From Polyangiaceae bacterium (GTDB lineage Bacteria; Myxococcota_A; Polyangia; Polyangiales; Polyangiaceae): 64,000 nucleotides of DNA. Position 1 is the stretch's first letter. Each line of letters starts with the position of its first letter. The DNA lies in assembly GCA_965222375.1 (NCBI GenBank), contig CBDCTZ010000016.1:2656001-2720000 (forward strand), in the 5' to 3' direction. This document shows positions 36,976 to 47,160 of the stretch, piece by piece. Made by a program: the position numbers and the translations under genes. The notes beneath the pieces were generated by a model. It saw nothing but the letters and a program-made list of their open reading frames with translations. It ran no database searches and was not told where the DNA came from.

Positions 36976-37808
36976 AGCCCCTCGTATTCGCCCTCGTGGG
37001 TCACCCCGTGGCACACTCGCTTTCTCCTCGCCTGCACGGCGCCGCGTTTGCGGCGTTGGGGTTGCCGCACAGCTATGAGCTTCGGAACTGCCCCGATCTG
37101 GCGGCGTTGTCTGCTGCGGTCGGTGCGATGAGGCGTGGCGACTTGCACGGCCTCAACGTCACCATCCCGTACAAATCGACGGTTCTGGGGCTCGTCGATT
37201 CGGTCCACAGCAGTGCCGAGCAGGTTGGCGCCGCCAACGTCCTCGTGAAGCGAGGAAGCAGCGTAATCGCATACAACACCGACGCCTTGGCTCTTGCTGA
37301 GCGATTTCGCTTCCACGCGCTGGAGCCGGGAGCGGCATTGGTTCTCGGTGCGGGTGGCGCTGCACGAGCTGCTGCCACGTCCCTGTCCGACGTGGGCATG
37401 AAACCGATCTTCGTGGCTGCTCGTGGCTTCCGAAGTCAGGCGGCGCGCGAGGAGTTTGGGCTTGGCTGTGCGTCACCTCTGGCGCCGGAGAACCTGGCAG
37501 CGGCCCTTGCCGGCACGGCGCTCCGGGTTGTCGTTCAGGCGACCAGCGCCGGCATGGTCGGGAAAGACCCTGCCGGGGAGGTGATCTCCTGGGTGCCCTG
37601 GGACCAGCTGCCTACCGGTGCCTTGGCGCTGGATGTTGTCTATGTCCCTGAAATGACTGACTTCATGACGGAAGCCGCCCGTCACGGCTTTCGCATCGAA
37701 GGCGGCACACCGATGTTGGTGGCCCAGGCCGCCCATGCTCTGGGCCTGTGGCTTCAGGTGGAGCCTCCCCGGGAGGATATGCTGCGCGCCTTGAGTGAGG
37801 ATCCATGA
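36972..37808 (+). CDS. aroE: Shikimate dehydrogenase
   Basis: GHPVAHSLSP, GLNVTIPYK, NTD, LGAGGAAR, DVVY. Confidence 0.9.
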   Translation: MKPLVFALVGHPVAHSLSPRLHGAAFAALGLPHSYELRNCPDLAALSAAVGAMRRGDLHGLNVTIPYKSTVLGLVDSVHSSAEQVGAANVLVKRGSSVIAYNTDALALAERFRFHALEPGAALVLGAGGAARAAATSLSDVGMKPIFVAARGFRSQAAREEFGLGCASPLAPENLAAALAGTALRVVVQATSAGMVGKDPAGEVISWVPWDQLPTGALALDVVYVPEMTDFMTEAARHGFRIEGGTPMLVAQAAHALGLWLQVEPPREDMLRALSEDP

Positions 37809-39805
37809 ATCGGGCAGGGGCATCAGGCTTGCCTTGGGTCGGAGTGGAGACCAACGGTGAACTCGAGCGTGCCGAACGCGAGTGGATTCATTCCAACGGC
37901 GCCGGCGCCTATTCCATGAGCACGGTTGCGCTCATGCATACCCGCCGGGAGCACGGGCTTTTGGTTGCCAGCCTCGACCCGCCGGACCAGCGTATCGTCG
38001 TACTGAGCCACGCGGAGACGACCGTCACTGTGGGTAGCCGGAGGCATCGCCTGTCTACCCATCGGTTCCCGGGAGTTGCGCCGACGCCCGGTTTCCGATC
38101 GTTGATTCGATACGATCAAGATCCGATCCCTCGTTGGACCTACCGCCTCGGCAAACACGTGCTCGAGAGGCGGCTGTGCTTGGTTCCTGGGAAGAACGTG
38201 CTCGTGTTGCGCTACGACTGGTACGGCAAGGCTCCGGCTCGACTCAGCTTGATGCCCCTCCTGTCCATGCGACCGATCGGCGACTTGATGCGGGAACACG
38301 GGGCGATGGTTCAGCGCGTCACCCTGCGTTCGGGTGAGGTCGAAGTGCAGCCAGTGCGGAGCTTGCCCCCTGTGCTCTTTCGTCACAGCGGTATCTTCAT
38401 GGGGTCGCCGGATTGGTGGCGACGATTCGAATACAGCGAAGACCGTGCCCAACGCCGTGGTTGCGAGGAAGACCTGTGGACCCCGGGCACTTTCGAGCTC
38501 GAGGTAGCTCCTGGGCAACCCTGCTATTTGGCGACTGCGTTCGGGGATATGCCCGCACCCAAGCCACCGGAACTGATGCAAGAGACCATTGACGGTCTGC
38601 TGTCACAGGACCCCGGTCCGGATTTCGCGCCTTCCGCCCGCAGCGTCTTTCTCGGTGCTCAGGATTTCGCCGCACAGTCCGAGCACGGTGAGACTTTCCT
38701 AGTTGCCGGGTACCCGGATCTGGGCGCTACCGCCCGGGACCACTTGGTGGCGCTGCCGGCTTTCACCCTATTCGACGGATCCCTTGATGTCGCACAGCGC
38801 ATGCTCGAGACGAGTTGCCGACGGCTTCGCGCTGGGCTGCTGCCCCAGAACTTCAAGAACACGGACCGCACGCACCCTTGTCCTGACGCCACCCTGTGGT
38901 TGTTCGAGGCCGGGCGTCATTTCGTGGAACGGGTTGGTCCGGAGCACTCCTTTGCCCGAGGACAGCTGTTTAGCGCGCTGGTGCGCGTGTACCTCCGCAT
39001 GCGGCGCGTCAGCTCGGACTGGGTTTGGACTACGCCCGAGGGCATGCTGGTCACGGCTTCCCGGGATGGCTTTCCAATGACCTGGATGGACGCGTTCCAT
39101 GCCGGCCAGGCCGTGACACCACGCAATGGAATCGCCGTAGAGCATCAGGCCCTATGGGTTCGAGGTTGTGCGTTTCTCGGCGAATTGGCCGGCGCCTTGG
39201 GGCACGTAACCCTAGCTGAAGCAGCGTCGGAATCGAGTCAGCGTGGGCGACAGGCGTTTTCGGATCGATTCTGGTGCAACGAAACGGAGTACCCCTTTGA
39301 CTGCATCAGTCCCGAAGGAGATACGGCGCAAGCGTGGGCGGATCCCACGATTCGTCCGAATGCGCTCATAGCCCTTGCCGTTGCCCCGGAGTGCTTCGAG
39401 TCCTGGCAGGCAAGCAATATCCTGGAACGCGTCGAGCGGGAGCTGCTCACCCAGCAAGGTGTGCGCACTCTCACCCCGAACGACGAGCGCTATCAAGGCG
39501 TCTGTGAAGGGGCAGTCGAAGAGCGTGCCAACGCCCTTCACCAGGGCACGGCGTGGAGTCACCTGGTGGGGACCTATGTGCGTACCGCGGCGCGGGAAGA
39601 AGCGGCGGAAGAAGCGTCCCTATGGGCCCTGTTGCAACAGGTCCTCGCGTCGAGTCAGGTCCTGGGTCACGTGGGCCAGATGGCCGACGGGGAGACGCCA
39701 CATCGCGCGAGGGGATGTCCGGCCCAGGGCTGGGCGCAGTCCGAGGTACTCAGAGCCTTGATGCGGCTCGAGCAGTCTCGGAGTAGCTATGGTGACGGAG
39801 GGTAG
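37805..39805 (+). CDS. Glycogen-debranching enzyme / amylo-alpha-1,6-glucosidase family protein
   Basis: REW..NG.G.Y, TRREHGLL, AGYP, TWMDA, RPN, HQGT.W, GC.AQ.W. Confidence 0.85.
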   Translation: MNRAGASGLPWVGVETNGELERAEREWIHSNGAGAYSMSTVALMHTRREHGLLVASLDPPDQRIVVLSHAETTVTVGSRRHRLSTHRFPGVAPTPGFRSLIRYDQDPIPRWTYRLGKHVLERRLCLVPGKNVLVLRYDWYGKAPARLSLMPLLSMRPIGDLMREHGAMVQRVTLRSGEVEVQPVRSLPPVLFRHSGIFMGSPDWWRRFEYSEDRAQRRGCEEDLWTPGTFELEVAPGQPCYLATAFGDMPAPKPPELMQETIDGLLSQDPGPDFAPSARSVFLGAQDFAAQSEHGETFLVAGYPDLGATARDHLVALPAFTLFDGSLDVAQRMLETSCRRLRAGLLPQNFKNTDRTHPCPDATLWLFEAGRHFVERVGPEHSFARGQLFSALVRVYLRMRRVSSDWVWTTPEGMLVTASRDGFPMTWMDAFHAGQAVTPRNGIAVEHQALWVRGCAFLGELAGALGHVTLAEAASESSQRGRQAFSDRFWCNETEYPFDCISPEGDTAQAWADPTIRPNALIALAVAPECFESWQASNILERVERELLTQQGVRTLTPNDERYQGVCEGAVEERANALHQGTAWSHLVGTYVRTAAREEAAEEASLWALLQQVLASSQVLGHVGQMADGETPHRARGCPAQGWAQSEVLRALMRLEQSRSSYGDGG

Positions 39806-39808
39806 TGC

Positions 39809-40738
39809 GTGAAGCCCCGCGATCTTTCCATGCTGGGCTATCGGCGCATTGTCATACTCCTCGTCGCGCTAGTGGTCGTTCCCAGCTTCCTGTTGCTCAC
39901 CCTTGGCGCGGTGCTGCTCTTTCTCGGCGAAGCTCAGTTCAATCTGTTGATGGGGATCTTGGTGATCTCGCTAAGCGGCGCTGCCGCGACGGGGGTGATC
40001 TTGGTATGGGTGTTCGTGCGTAGGGAAGCCAACCTTTCCGCGCTGCAGAGCGACTTCGTGTCGAAGGTTTCTCACGAACTGCGCACACCCCTGACGTCCA
40101 TTCGCCTGTTCACCGAGACTTTGGAGCTGCGACGAGGGGACAAGGAGGCCGAAGAGAAGTGCATTGAGGGGCTCGCCAAGGAGAGCGTCCGCCTTCAGGA
40201 ACTCATCGATCGCCTCTTGGATTGGGGTCGCATGGAAAGTGGTCGCCGCGAGTTCCTGCTCACGCCCACGGACGCTGGCGAGGCTGTCCGTGAGGCCGTC
40301 GCCGTGTTCTCTCCCGTTGGCGAGCGCCGCGGCGCGGAGGTGCAGTGCAAGCTGCCCGACGATCCGGTCACCATCCAGGCCGATCGGGCAGCTCTGGTGG
40401 ACGCCATCTTCAACCTGCTCACGAATGCTTTCAAATACGGGGGCGACCCGCCCAAAATCACAGTGAGCGTAGATACGTCGCCAGAGGAGGTGCGCATTGC
40501 GGTAGCCGACAATGGCGCTGGAATTCCACCTGGGGAGCACAAGAACATCTTCCAGAAGTTCTACCGCCTGGATGACCGTCTGGCGCGGGAGCGCGAGGGC
40601 TCCGGTTTGGGTCTGGCCATCGTCAAACACGTCATGCGGGCTCACAAGGGGCGCGTGGAACTGGACAGTGCACCGGGAGAGGGGAGTACATTCACGGTGG
40701 TGCTGCCCGTGGGCCGGGAAAAGGACGGCGATTCATGA
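39809..40738 (+). CDS. Small two-TM sensor histidine kinase
   Basis: FVSKVSHELRTPL, NLLTNA.KY, DNGAGI, FYR, GSGLGL. Confidence 0.92.
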   Translation: MKPRDLSMLGYRRIVILLVALVVVPSFLLLTLGAVLLFLGEAQFNLLMGILVISLSGAAATGVILVWVFVRREANLSALQSDFVSKVSHELRTPLTSIRLFTETLELRRGDKEAEEKCIEGLAKESVRLQELIDRLLDWGRMESGRREFLLTPTDAGEAVREAVAVFSPVGERRGAEVQCKLPDDPVTIQADRAALVDAIFNLLTNAFKYGGDPPKITVSVDTSPEEVRIAVADNGAGIPPGEHKNIFQKFYRLDDRLAREREGSGLGLAIVKHVMRAHKGRVELDSAPGEGSTFTVVLPVGREKDGDS

Positions 40739-41430
40739 CCGAGGACCGCAAGAGGATCTTATTGGTCGAGGACGACGAGAGCATCACTCTGGGCCTGAGC
40801 ATGAATCTCGAGGCCGAGGGGTACGAAGTGGTGATCGCCGCGGATGGCGAGTTGGCCTTGGCATCCATCGCGGAAAACGGTTTTTCCCTCGTGGTGCTGG
40901 ACGTCATGCTGCCGAAAGTAAACGGCTTCGAGGTCGTGCGGCGGCTCCGTAGTCAGGGCAATCGCGTGCCGGTTGTGATGCTCAGCGCCCGTGGAGCAGA
41001 AATCGACAAGGTCATGGGCTTGGAACTTGGCGCCGAGGACTACATCACCAAGCCTTTCAGCTTGGCGGAGTTTCTGGCCCGTGTGAAAGCGGTCCTCCGG
41101 CGGGACGCGATCGCTCGTCCCCAACAAGATCGCGCGCTAGAAGTCGGAGCAATACGAATCGACCTGGACAGGCGTGAGGTGAGGCGGCAGGGCGCCGTTG
41201 TCGAACTGACCGCCACGGAATTCGACCTACTGCTTTGTTTGGCCGAGGCGTCCGGTCGGGTGCTCAGCCGGGATGAGATCTTGGGCAAGGTGTGGGGACC
41301 AGGGCACCATGGCACGCTGCGCACCATCGATAATTTCGTGCTGCAGCTCCGTAGCAAGCTGGAAGAGGACCCAGCGGCGCCGCGCCACATCCTGACTGTT
41401 CGGGGCGTTGGCTACCGTTTTCAACCCTGA
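40735..41430 (+). CDS. OmpR/PhoB family response regulator
   Basis: LLVEDD, LDVMLP, KPF, winged-helix end TVRGVGYRF. Confidence 0.95.
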   Translation: MTEDRKRILLVEDDESITLGLSMNLEAEGYEVVIAADGELALASIAENGFSLVVLDVMLPKVNGFEVVRRLRSQGNRVPVVMLSARGAEIDKVMGLELGAEDYITKPFSLAEFLARVKAVLRRDAIARPQQDRALEVGAIRIDLDRREVRRQGAVVELTATEFDLLLCLAEASGRVLSRDEILGKVWGPGHHGTLRTIDNFVLQLRSKLEEDPAAPRHILTVRGVGYRFQP

Positions 41431-41499
41431 GTCTTGGCATGCAGGCGGCGATCTCCTGGTCGCTTAACGCCCGGGGTGATCTGAGTTAAGGCACCCGTC

Positions 41500-41967
41500 G
41501 TGGATCAAAACCTTCTGCGTTCGTACTTCGCGACGGTCTACGAGCTGCCGGTGGAGACCGGCTTGCTGCGGGTCTCCATGGATGGCGAGATCGTCAAGGA
41601 TGTCGCTAGTCTCCCCGAGCTGCTTCAAAAGGACTTCGCGGTATTGACCGCCTACAACCCAAGATCCATGCTGCTCCCCCGGCGGGTCAACGAGGGCCGC
41701 CACCAGGTGATGCGGGACTTGTTGATCCTGGGTTGCTACCGCGTCGAGCACTGTGTTGGCTACGACGAGGAGCCCGAGGGGGTCTGGCGGGAACCGGCGT
41801 GGCTCGTGCACGGGATCGAGCGGGACGAAGCCATCTACTTCGGTCGCACGTTTCGCCAGAACACCATCATCTACTGCCGCCAGGCGCGCCCGGAACTGAT
41901 CGTCACGGACCCCACCTGTGACGAGATCGGCAAGACTTATTCGGGAAATTGGCGCGTCCGCCAATAA
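41500..41967 (+). CDS. DUF3293-like protein
   Basis: Y.AT.Y, LTAYNPRS, WREP, G..FRQN.I. Confidence 0.65.
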   Translation: MDQNLLRSYFATVYELPVETGLLRVSMDGEIVKDVASLPELLQKDFAVLTAYNPRSMLLPRRVNEGRHQVMRDLLILGCYRVEHCVGYDEEPEGVWREPAWLVHGIERDEAIYFGRTFRQNTIIYCRQARPELIVTDPTCDEIGKTYSGNWRVRQ

Positions 41968-42051
41968 AAAGCGGGCCCAGTCGCATTTTGGCGTCTGAGC
42001 ATGTTCGATTCGGATTGCGATTTGGCCCAACCGGGGCCATGAACTCCCGCA

Positions 42052-43056
42052 ATGCGAAGCCAATTCGACGATCCCGGCGGACGCCCCGACGTGGGCGAAG
42101 TCGTGAACCAAGTCTCCGACGCCTTCCGGCGCAACATGCGGAACCTCGGGCCCATCATCGCAGGAATTGTGGTGCTGGTCCTACTGGCTACGGGCATCTA
42201 CATGGTGGACCCCGGCGAGCAAGGGGTCGTGCGGACCTTTGGCCGTGAGTCAGGTAAGACCGGGCCCGGGCTGCACTATCGTTTTCCGTTCGTACAAAAG
42301 GTCGATGTCGTCAACGTCGAGCAGATTCGACGCATCGAAGTGGGCTTCCGTGGGGACCAGCGTGTACCCCACGAGGCGCTGATGCTGACCGGTGACGAGA
42401 ACATCGTCGAGGCTCAGATGATCGTGCAGTACCGCGTGACCGACCCGAGCAAATACTTGTTCCGCATTCGTGAGCCCGAAGAAACTCTGCGCGCGACGGC
42501 AGAGGTCGCGCTGCGCAGCATGGTTGGGCGGACAAGCATTGACGAGGTGATCACCACCGGCCGCGAAAAGGTTCAGAGCGAGACGCGGGGATGGCTGCAA
42601 AAGCTGATGGATGAGTACCAGAGCGGTGTCAGCATCACTGAAGTCAAGCTCCAGACCGTGGACGCGCCCGATGAGGTCAAGGAGGCCTTCCACGACGTGG
42701 TGCGAGCCCGAGAAGAGAAAGAGAAGCTCATCAATCAGGCCAAGGGCTACAAGGCGGATCTGATTCCCCGAGCCCGCGGCGAATCTCGAAAGATCGAGCG
42801 CGCTGCCGAAGCCTACAAAGAGCAGCGCGTGCTTCGGGCGAGCGGTGACGCCGCTAAGTTCGATTCCGTGTTGTTGGAATATCGCAAGGCTGAGCGCGTC
42901 ACCCGCGAGCGCATGTACCTAGAAACCATGGAGCGAATCCTCGGCAAGATTGACAAGAAGGTCGTGGTCGACAAGGACCTCGCGAAAGGCGCTCTGCCTA
43001 TCCTGCCCATTGGCCAACAAGCCGCTGGTGCGGTTTCCGTCACGGGGGGCAAGTAA
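42052..43056 (+). CDS. hflK: FtsH modulator HflK
   Basis: SPFH domain, MLTGDENIV, AF.DV.RA, ERMYLETME. Confidence 0.93.
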   Translation: MRSQFDDPGGRPDVGEVVNQVSDAFRRNMRNLGPIIAGIVVLVLLATGIYMVDPGEQGVVRTFGRESGKTGPGLHYRFPFVQKVDVVNVEQIRRIEVGFRGDQRVPHEALMLTGDENIVEAQMIVQYRVTDPSKYLFRIREPEETLRATAEVALRSMVGRTSIDEVITTGREKVQSETRGWLQKLMDEYQSGVSITEVKLQTVDAPDEVKEAFHDVVRAREEKEKLINQAKGYKADLIPRARGESRKIERAAEAYKEQRVLRASGDAAKFDSVLLEYRKAERVTRERMYLETMERILGKIDKKVVVDKDLAKGALPILPIGQQAAGAVSVTGGK

Positions 43057-43058
43057 TC

Positions 43059-43916
43059 ATGAAATCAGGTCTATTCGTAATCATCTTGGCGCTGCTCAGT
43101 GTCGGCTGGTCCAGCATCTTTGTGGTGGACGAAGGCCAATTGGCCATCGTGGTCCAGTTCGGCGAATACAAGCGCACCGTGGACAAACCCGGGCTCTACT
43201 TCAAAACGCCGTTCGTGCAGACCGTGCACAGCATGGAGCGCCGCATCATGGGTAGCGATACGCCGCCCGCGGAGTACCTGACGCTGGACAAGAAGCGTTT
43301 GGTGGCCGATCCGGTAAGCCGTTGGCGCATCGTCGACCCTCTCAAGTACTACAAGACCGTACACGATGAGAGTGGAGCCAAGGCTCGCTTGGACGACATC
43401 ATCAACAGTGAAATGCGTCGGGAACTAGCGAGCCATAACTTTGGTGACATCATCGGCAATGCACGTGACCCGATGATGCAGCGTGTGGCCCTTGCTACGC
43501 GCGAGCAGACCAAGGAATTTGGTATCGAGATCGTCGATGTGCGCATCAAGCGCGCCGACTTGCCCCGGGAGGTGCAGGAAAGCGTGTTCGCGCGCATGCG
43601 CGCCGAGCGTGACCGGGTCGCCAAGAAGTACCGTTCCGAGGGCGAAGAGGAGGCTGCCAAGATCCGCGCAGACACGGACAAAGAAAAGACGATTCTGCTC
43701 GCGAAAGCCTACGAAACATCGGAAAAGACTCGGGGTGAGGGAGACGCCGAGAGCACCAAGATCTACGCGGACGCGTACGGCAAAGATCCGGAGTTCTACG
43801 CCTTTACGCGCAGCTTGGACACCTATGAGAAGGCTATGGGCGAGCAGAGTACGCTCGTGCTTTCGACGGGCTCGGACTTGTTCCAGTACCTGTCGAAGGC
43901 GCGAGGGAAGCCGTGA
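43059..43916 (+). CDS. hflC: FtsH modulator HflC
   Basis: PGLYFK.PF, DVRIKR.DLP, RMRAER, DPEFY.F.RSL. Confidence 0.95.
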   Translation: MKSGLFVIILALLSVGWSSIFVVDEGQLAIVVQFGEYKRTVDKPGLYFKTPFVQTVHSMERRIMGSDTPPAEYLTLDKKRLVADPVSRWRIVDPLKYYKTVHDESGAKARLDDIINSEMRRELASHNFGDIIGNARDPMMQRVALATREQTKEFGIEIVDVRIKRADLPREVQESVFARMRAERDRVAKKYRSEGEEEAAKIRADTDKEKTILLAKAYETSEKTRGEGDAESTKIYADAYGKDPEFYAFTRSLDTYEKAMGEQSTLVLSTGSDLFQYLSKARGKP

Positions 43917-44517
43917 GCATAGCCACGCCGCTCCTCCTCTTTCGTACGTAGGGCTGCTCGACAATCAAATTCCAGGCCTCGCCTTGCCGCCAAAAACGAC
44001 CGGACAGTTCCGGGACACGTTTGGCACGGGCTCCGATGATCATGCCGACGATCGCGGAAGCGCTCGTTGCGGGGCGGCCACCCGCGTGAGTCAGCACATC
44101 CCCATCGATGAGCCCAACGCCCAGCCCGGACACGCCGGCTAGTGCCAAACCTGGGGGCCGGTTGCCGCGAGCGGGGACGAATATTCCACTTGGACGTGCT
44201 CCGGCGTTTGCGAGCTGGAGCACGCGTGCGGCGCGAATGCGGACGCCCTTCTTAGGGATCGCGCTACGAGCGACTGGGGGCCGCGGGCGCACGCTGGTGG
44301 GGCGGGGGGAGCTCACTTCGTCTGAGGGTTGCTTGGGGGCCTCGAGCGGCACGTCTGCTTCGACGAAAACGGCCGCGGGCTCGGGTGTCGCCGGCGTGAG
44401 CACTTTCGCTGCGTTTGCCAGGCTACGTGCAATGCTTGGCGCGGCTATCTCGACGCTGTACGCGCTGAGAGCGCCGGCGAGTGGCAGAAGCGTGAGCGCG
44501 TACAGCACGTGGCGCAT
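43834..44517 (-). CDS. Hypothetical membrane-anchored protein with PDZ-like C-terminal part
   Basis: N-terminal hydrophobic helix, Pro linker, GL..GDVL...GG pattern; 3' end overlaps hflC convergently. Confidence 0.5.
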   Translation of the reverse strand: MRHVLYALTLLPLAGALSAYSVEIAAPSIARSLANAAKVLTPATPEPAAVFVEADVPLEAPKQPSDEVSSPRPTSVRPRPPVARSAIPKKGVRIRAARVLQLANAGARPSGIFVPARGNRPPGLALAGVSGLGVGLIDGDVLTHAGGRPATSASAIVGMIIGARAKRVPELSGRFWRQGEAWNLIVEQPYVRKRRSGVAMLTASLAPSTGTGTSPSPSKARAYSARP

Positions 44518-44687
44518 GATGAGAGCAGTCTAGCGCGCTCGCCGCCTGAGGGGAATTTGTGAGCTGCGGGCCGGAATTTGGCCTGACGAAAAGGCTCGCC
44601 CTGAGGTCCGGATGCACGGTCTTGCGGCCGGACTCAGGCCCGAGCAGGTTGCTCGGAGGCAGTCGTTGATTTGTGTTGGAGGCTCTC

Positions 44688-46127
44688 ATGGCACTAGAGA
44701 AGCGGTACCCCTACTACCTGGCCAGCGAAGCGGTCTTCGCGAACGAGGACCTGGCGGTCACGAACAAATACACGGGTGAGGTCGCCACCCGGGTCGCGCT
44801 TGCAGACGCCGCGGCGATCGATACGGGCATCGCCGCCGCATCGGAAGTCGCCCCAGCACTCGCCCGCCTACCTGCATACCGACGCCAGGACGTGTTGATG
44901 CATTGCGTGTCGCGGTTTCAGAGTCGCTTCGACGAACTCGCGCATAGCCTGTGTGTCGAGGCTGGCAAGCCGATCAAAGACGCAAAGGGAGAGGTTTCTC
45001 GCTTGATCGATACCTTCCGCGTGGCAGCGGAGGAGAGCGTGCGCATCTGTGGCGAGATCATGCCCCTAGATATCAGCGCGCGCGCTGCGGCCTATCAGGG
45101 CATGTGGAAGCGCGTGCCCGTTGGCCCGTGTTCCTTCATCTCCCCCTTCAATTTTCCCCTCAACCTCGCAGCCCACAAAGTGGCGCCCGCCCTCGCCGCA
45201 GGTTGCCCGTTTGTACTCAAGCCGGCGAGTCTCACACCCGTCGGGGCCATATTGATCGGCGAAGTGCTTGCGGAAACAGATCTCCCACCAGGTACATTTT
45301 CCATCTTGCCGTGTCGGCGCGAAGGGGCGTACCTGTTCACGACGGACGACAGGCTCAAGCTGCTCAGCTTCACTGGGAGCCCTGGTGTCGGCTGGGATCT
45401 CAAGGCGCGAGCCGGCAAGAAGAAAGTGGTGCTGGAGCTCGGTGGCAATGCCGCCGTGGTGGTGGATGCGGACGCTGATCTAGAGGACGCGGTCGATCGC
45501 ATCGTCGTCGGTGCGTACTACCAGTCTGGTCAGAGTTGCATAGGTGTGCAGCGCATCATTGCCCATGAAGATGTGTACGACGCCCTGAAGGCCCGCCTAG
45601 TCGACCGAGTTCGGAATCTCGTTTGCGGGGATCCCCTGGATGAAGCGACCTTCATCGGGCCAATCATCAGTGTCCGGGAGGCCGAGCGAATCGAGAGCTG
45701 GATCTCTCGCGCCGTGGATTCAGGTGCCAAGCTACTTTGCGGTGGCCATCGGGATGGCGCGATGTTGACCCCCGCCGTCCTCGAAAACGTTGCCAAGAGC
45801 GAGCCGCTATATGCCGAGGAGGCCTTCGGCCCGGTGGCAGTTCTGAGCAAGTTTCGAGATTTCGAATCCGCCTTGGAGGAAGTGAACGACAGCAAGTTCG
45901 GGCTTCAGGCCGGGGTCTTCACCCGGGACTTGGAAAAAGCGCTGCTGGCCTGGGAGCAGTTGGAAGTGGGTGGGGTGGTGGTCGGCGACGTGCCCAGCTT
46001 CCGCGTGGACAACATGCCCTACGGCGGAGTGAAGGACAGCGGCCTGGGCCGTGAAGGGATCCGCTGGTCGATCGAAGACATGACGGAGCCCCGGCTGATG
46101 GTGCTCAGGCGCTCATCGCGGAAGTAA
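44688..46127 (+). CDS. Aldehyde dehydrogenase family protein
   Basis: ISPFNFP, LKPA, FTGS, LELGGN, GQSC, EEAFGP, YGGVKDSG.GREG. Confidence 0.95.
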   Translation: MALEKRYPYYLASEAVFANEDLAVTNKYTGEVATRVALADAAAIDTGIAAASEVAPALARLPAYRRQDVLMHCVSRFQSRFDELAHSLCVEAGKPIKDAKGEVSRLIDTFRVAAEESVRICGEIMPLDISARAAAYQGMWKRVPVGPCSFISPFNFPLNLAAHKVAPALAAGCPFVLKPASLTPVGAILIGEVLAETDLPPGTFSILPCRREGAYLFTTDDRLKLLSFTGSPGVGWDLKARAGKKKVVLELGGNAAVVVDADADLEDAVDRIVVGAYYQSGQSCIGVQRIIAHEDVYDALKARLVDRVRNLVCGDPLDEATFIGPIISVREAERIESWISRAVDSGAKLLCGGHRDGAMLTPAVLENVAKSEPLYAEEAFGPVAVLSKFRDFESALEEVNDSKFGLQAGVFTRDLEKALLAWEQLEVGGVVVGDVPSFRVDNMPYGGVKDSGLGREGIRWSIEDMTEPRLMVLRRSSRK

Positions 46128-46159
46128 CCTACTGAAACTATTAGTTAAAATCCAGGGGC

Positions 46160-46201
46160 TTGCGAAAACGGCGACAAGGATTATTATCAGTCGAATGATA
46201 A
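46160..46201 (+). promoter_or_regulatory. Efflux-operon promoter with TetR-type operator
   Basis: TTGCGA-N16-TATTAT; near-perfect palindrome TTATCAgTCGAaTGATAA at 46184-46201. Confidence 0.65.
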
Positions 46202-47160
46202 AGAAATGGCGATGGAATTGGACCCTCGTCCTACCGCTCTTGGGCTGCACCGCAGCCCGCGGCGAACCCCCTGGCGCGTTTCAAGGGGTCGTGGAACTGG
46301 ACGAGCGCGACGTTGCCTTCGAGCTGCCGGGTCGCGTGAAGAGTCTGAAGGTCAAGCGCGGTGACCGCGTCAAGCTCGGAGATACTCTTGCGGCGCTCGA
46401 CGAGTCGCTGGAGACAGCCGCCAAGGAAGTTCGCCAGGCAGAAGTCAACGCCGCCCAGGCGGACGTGAAGAGAGTCAAGGCGGGCAGCCGGAGCGAAGAG
46501 ATCCGCGCTGCAGCAGCACAGGTGCGTGCGGCAAAGGCGCAGGAAGCCCGGATTGCACGCAATCTTGGGCGAGAGCGCACTCTAGCGGCACGGGATATCA
46601 CGCCGAAGTCGCGCGTGGACGACCTGCAGGACCAACTCGCGGGTGCGAAAGCCGAACGCCAGGCGCTGGAGCAGAAGCTCAAGGGACTTCGGCGCGGCGC
46701 ACGCAAGACGGATGTAGCGTCCGCTCAATCCCGTGCTCAGGTGGCCGAGCAAGGGGTTGCCCTGGAAGATCAACGCTTGGCCCGCCACACCCTGACCGCG
46801 CCGATGGCAGGGATGGTCCTTGACGTTCACATCGAGGCTGGCGAAGTAGTTAACGTCGGCACGCCCGTCGTCACGATCGGTGACGTGCGCGCGCCCCACG
46901 CAGACATATTCGTGCCCATTGGCAAGCTGGACGGCGTGAAGGTGGGGGCGCGCGGGACGATCAAAGTAGATGCGGTCAAGCAGGCACTACCAGTCACTGT
47001 CGATCACGTCTCCCGTCGGACTGAATTCACCCCGCGTTACCTGTTTAGCGAGCAAGAACGGCCCAGCCTCGTCGTCCGAGTCCGCGTGCGCATAGAAGAC
47101 CCCGAGCAGAAACTGCACGCCGGCGTCCCGGCATTCGTCAGCTTGGATTCCGGGCCGTGA
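46195..47160 (+). CDS. HlyD family membrane fusion protein
   Basis: Lipoyl-like G.V..L.VK.GD.V, coiled coil, EFTP motif. Confidence 0.88.
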   Translation: MIKKWRWNWTLVLPLLGCTAARGEPPGAFQGVVELDERDVAFELPGRVKSLKVKRGDRVKLGDTLAALDESLETAAKEVRQAEVNAAQADVKRVKAGSRSEEIRAAAAQVRAAKAQEARIARNLGRERTLAARDITPKSRVDDLQDQLAGAKAERQALEQKLKGLRRGARKTDVASAQSRAQVAEQGVALEDQRLARHTLTAPMAGMVLDVHIEAGEVVNVGTPVVTIGDVRAPHADIFVPIGKLDGVKVGARGTIKVDAVKQALPVTVDHVSRRTEFTPRYLFSEQERPSLVVRVRVRIEDPEQKLHAGVPAFVSLDSGP

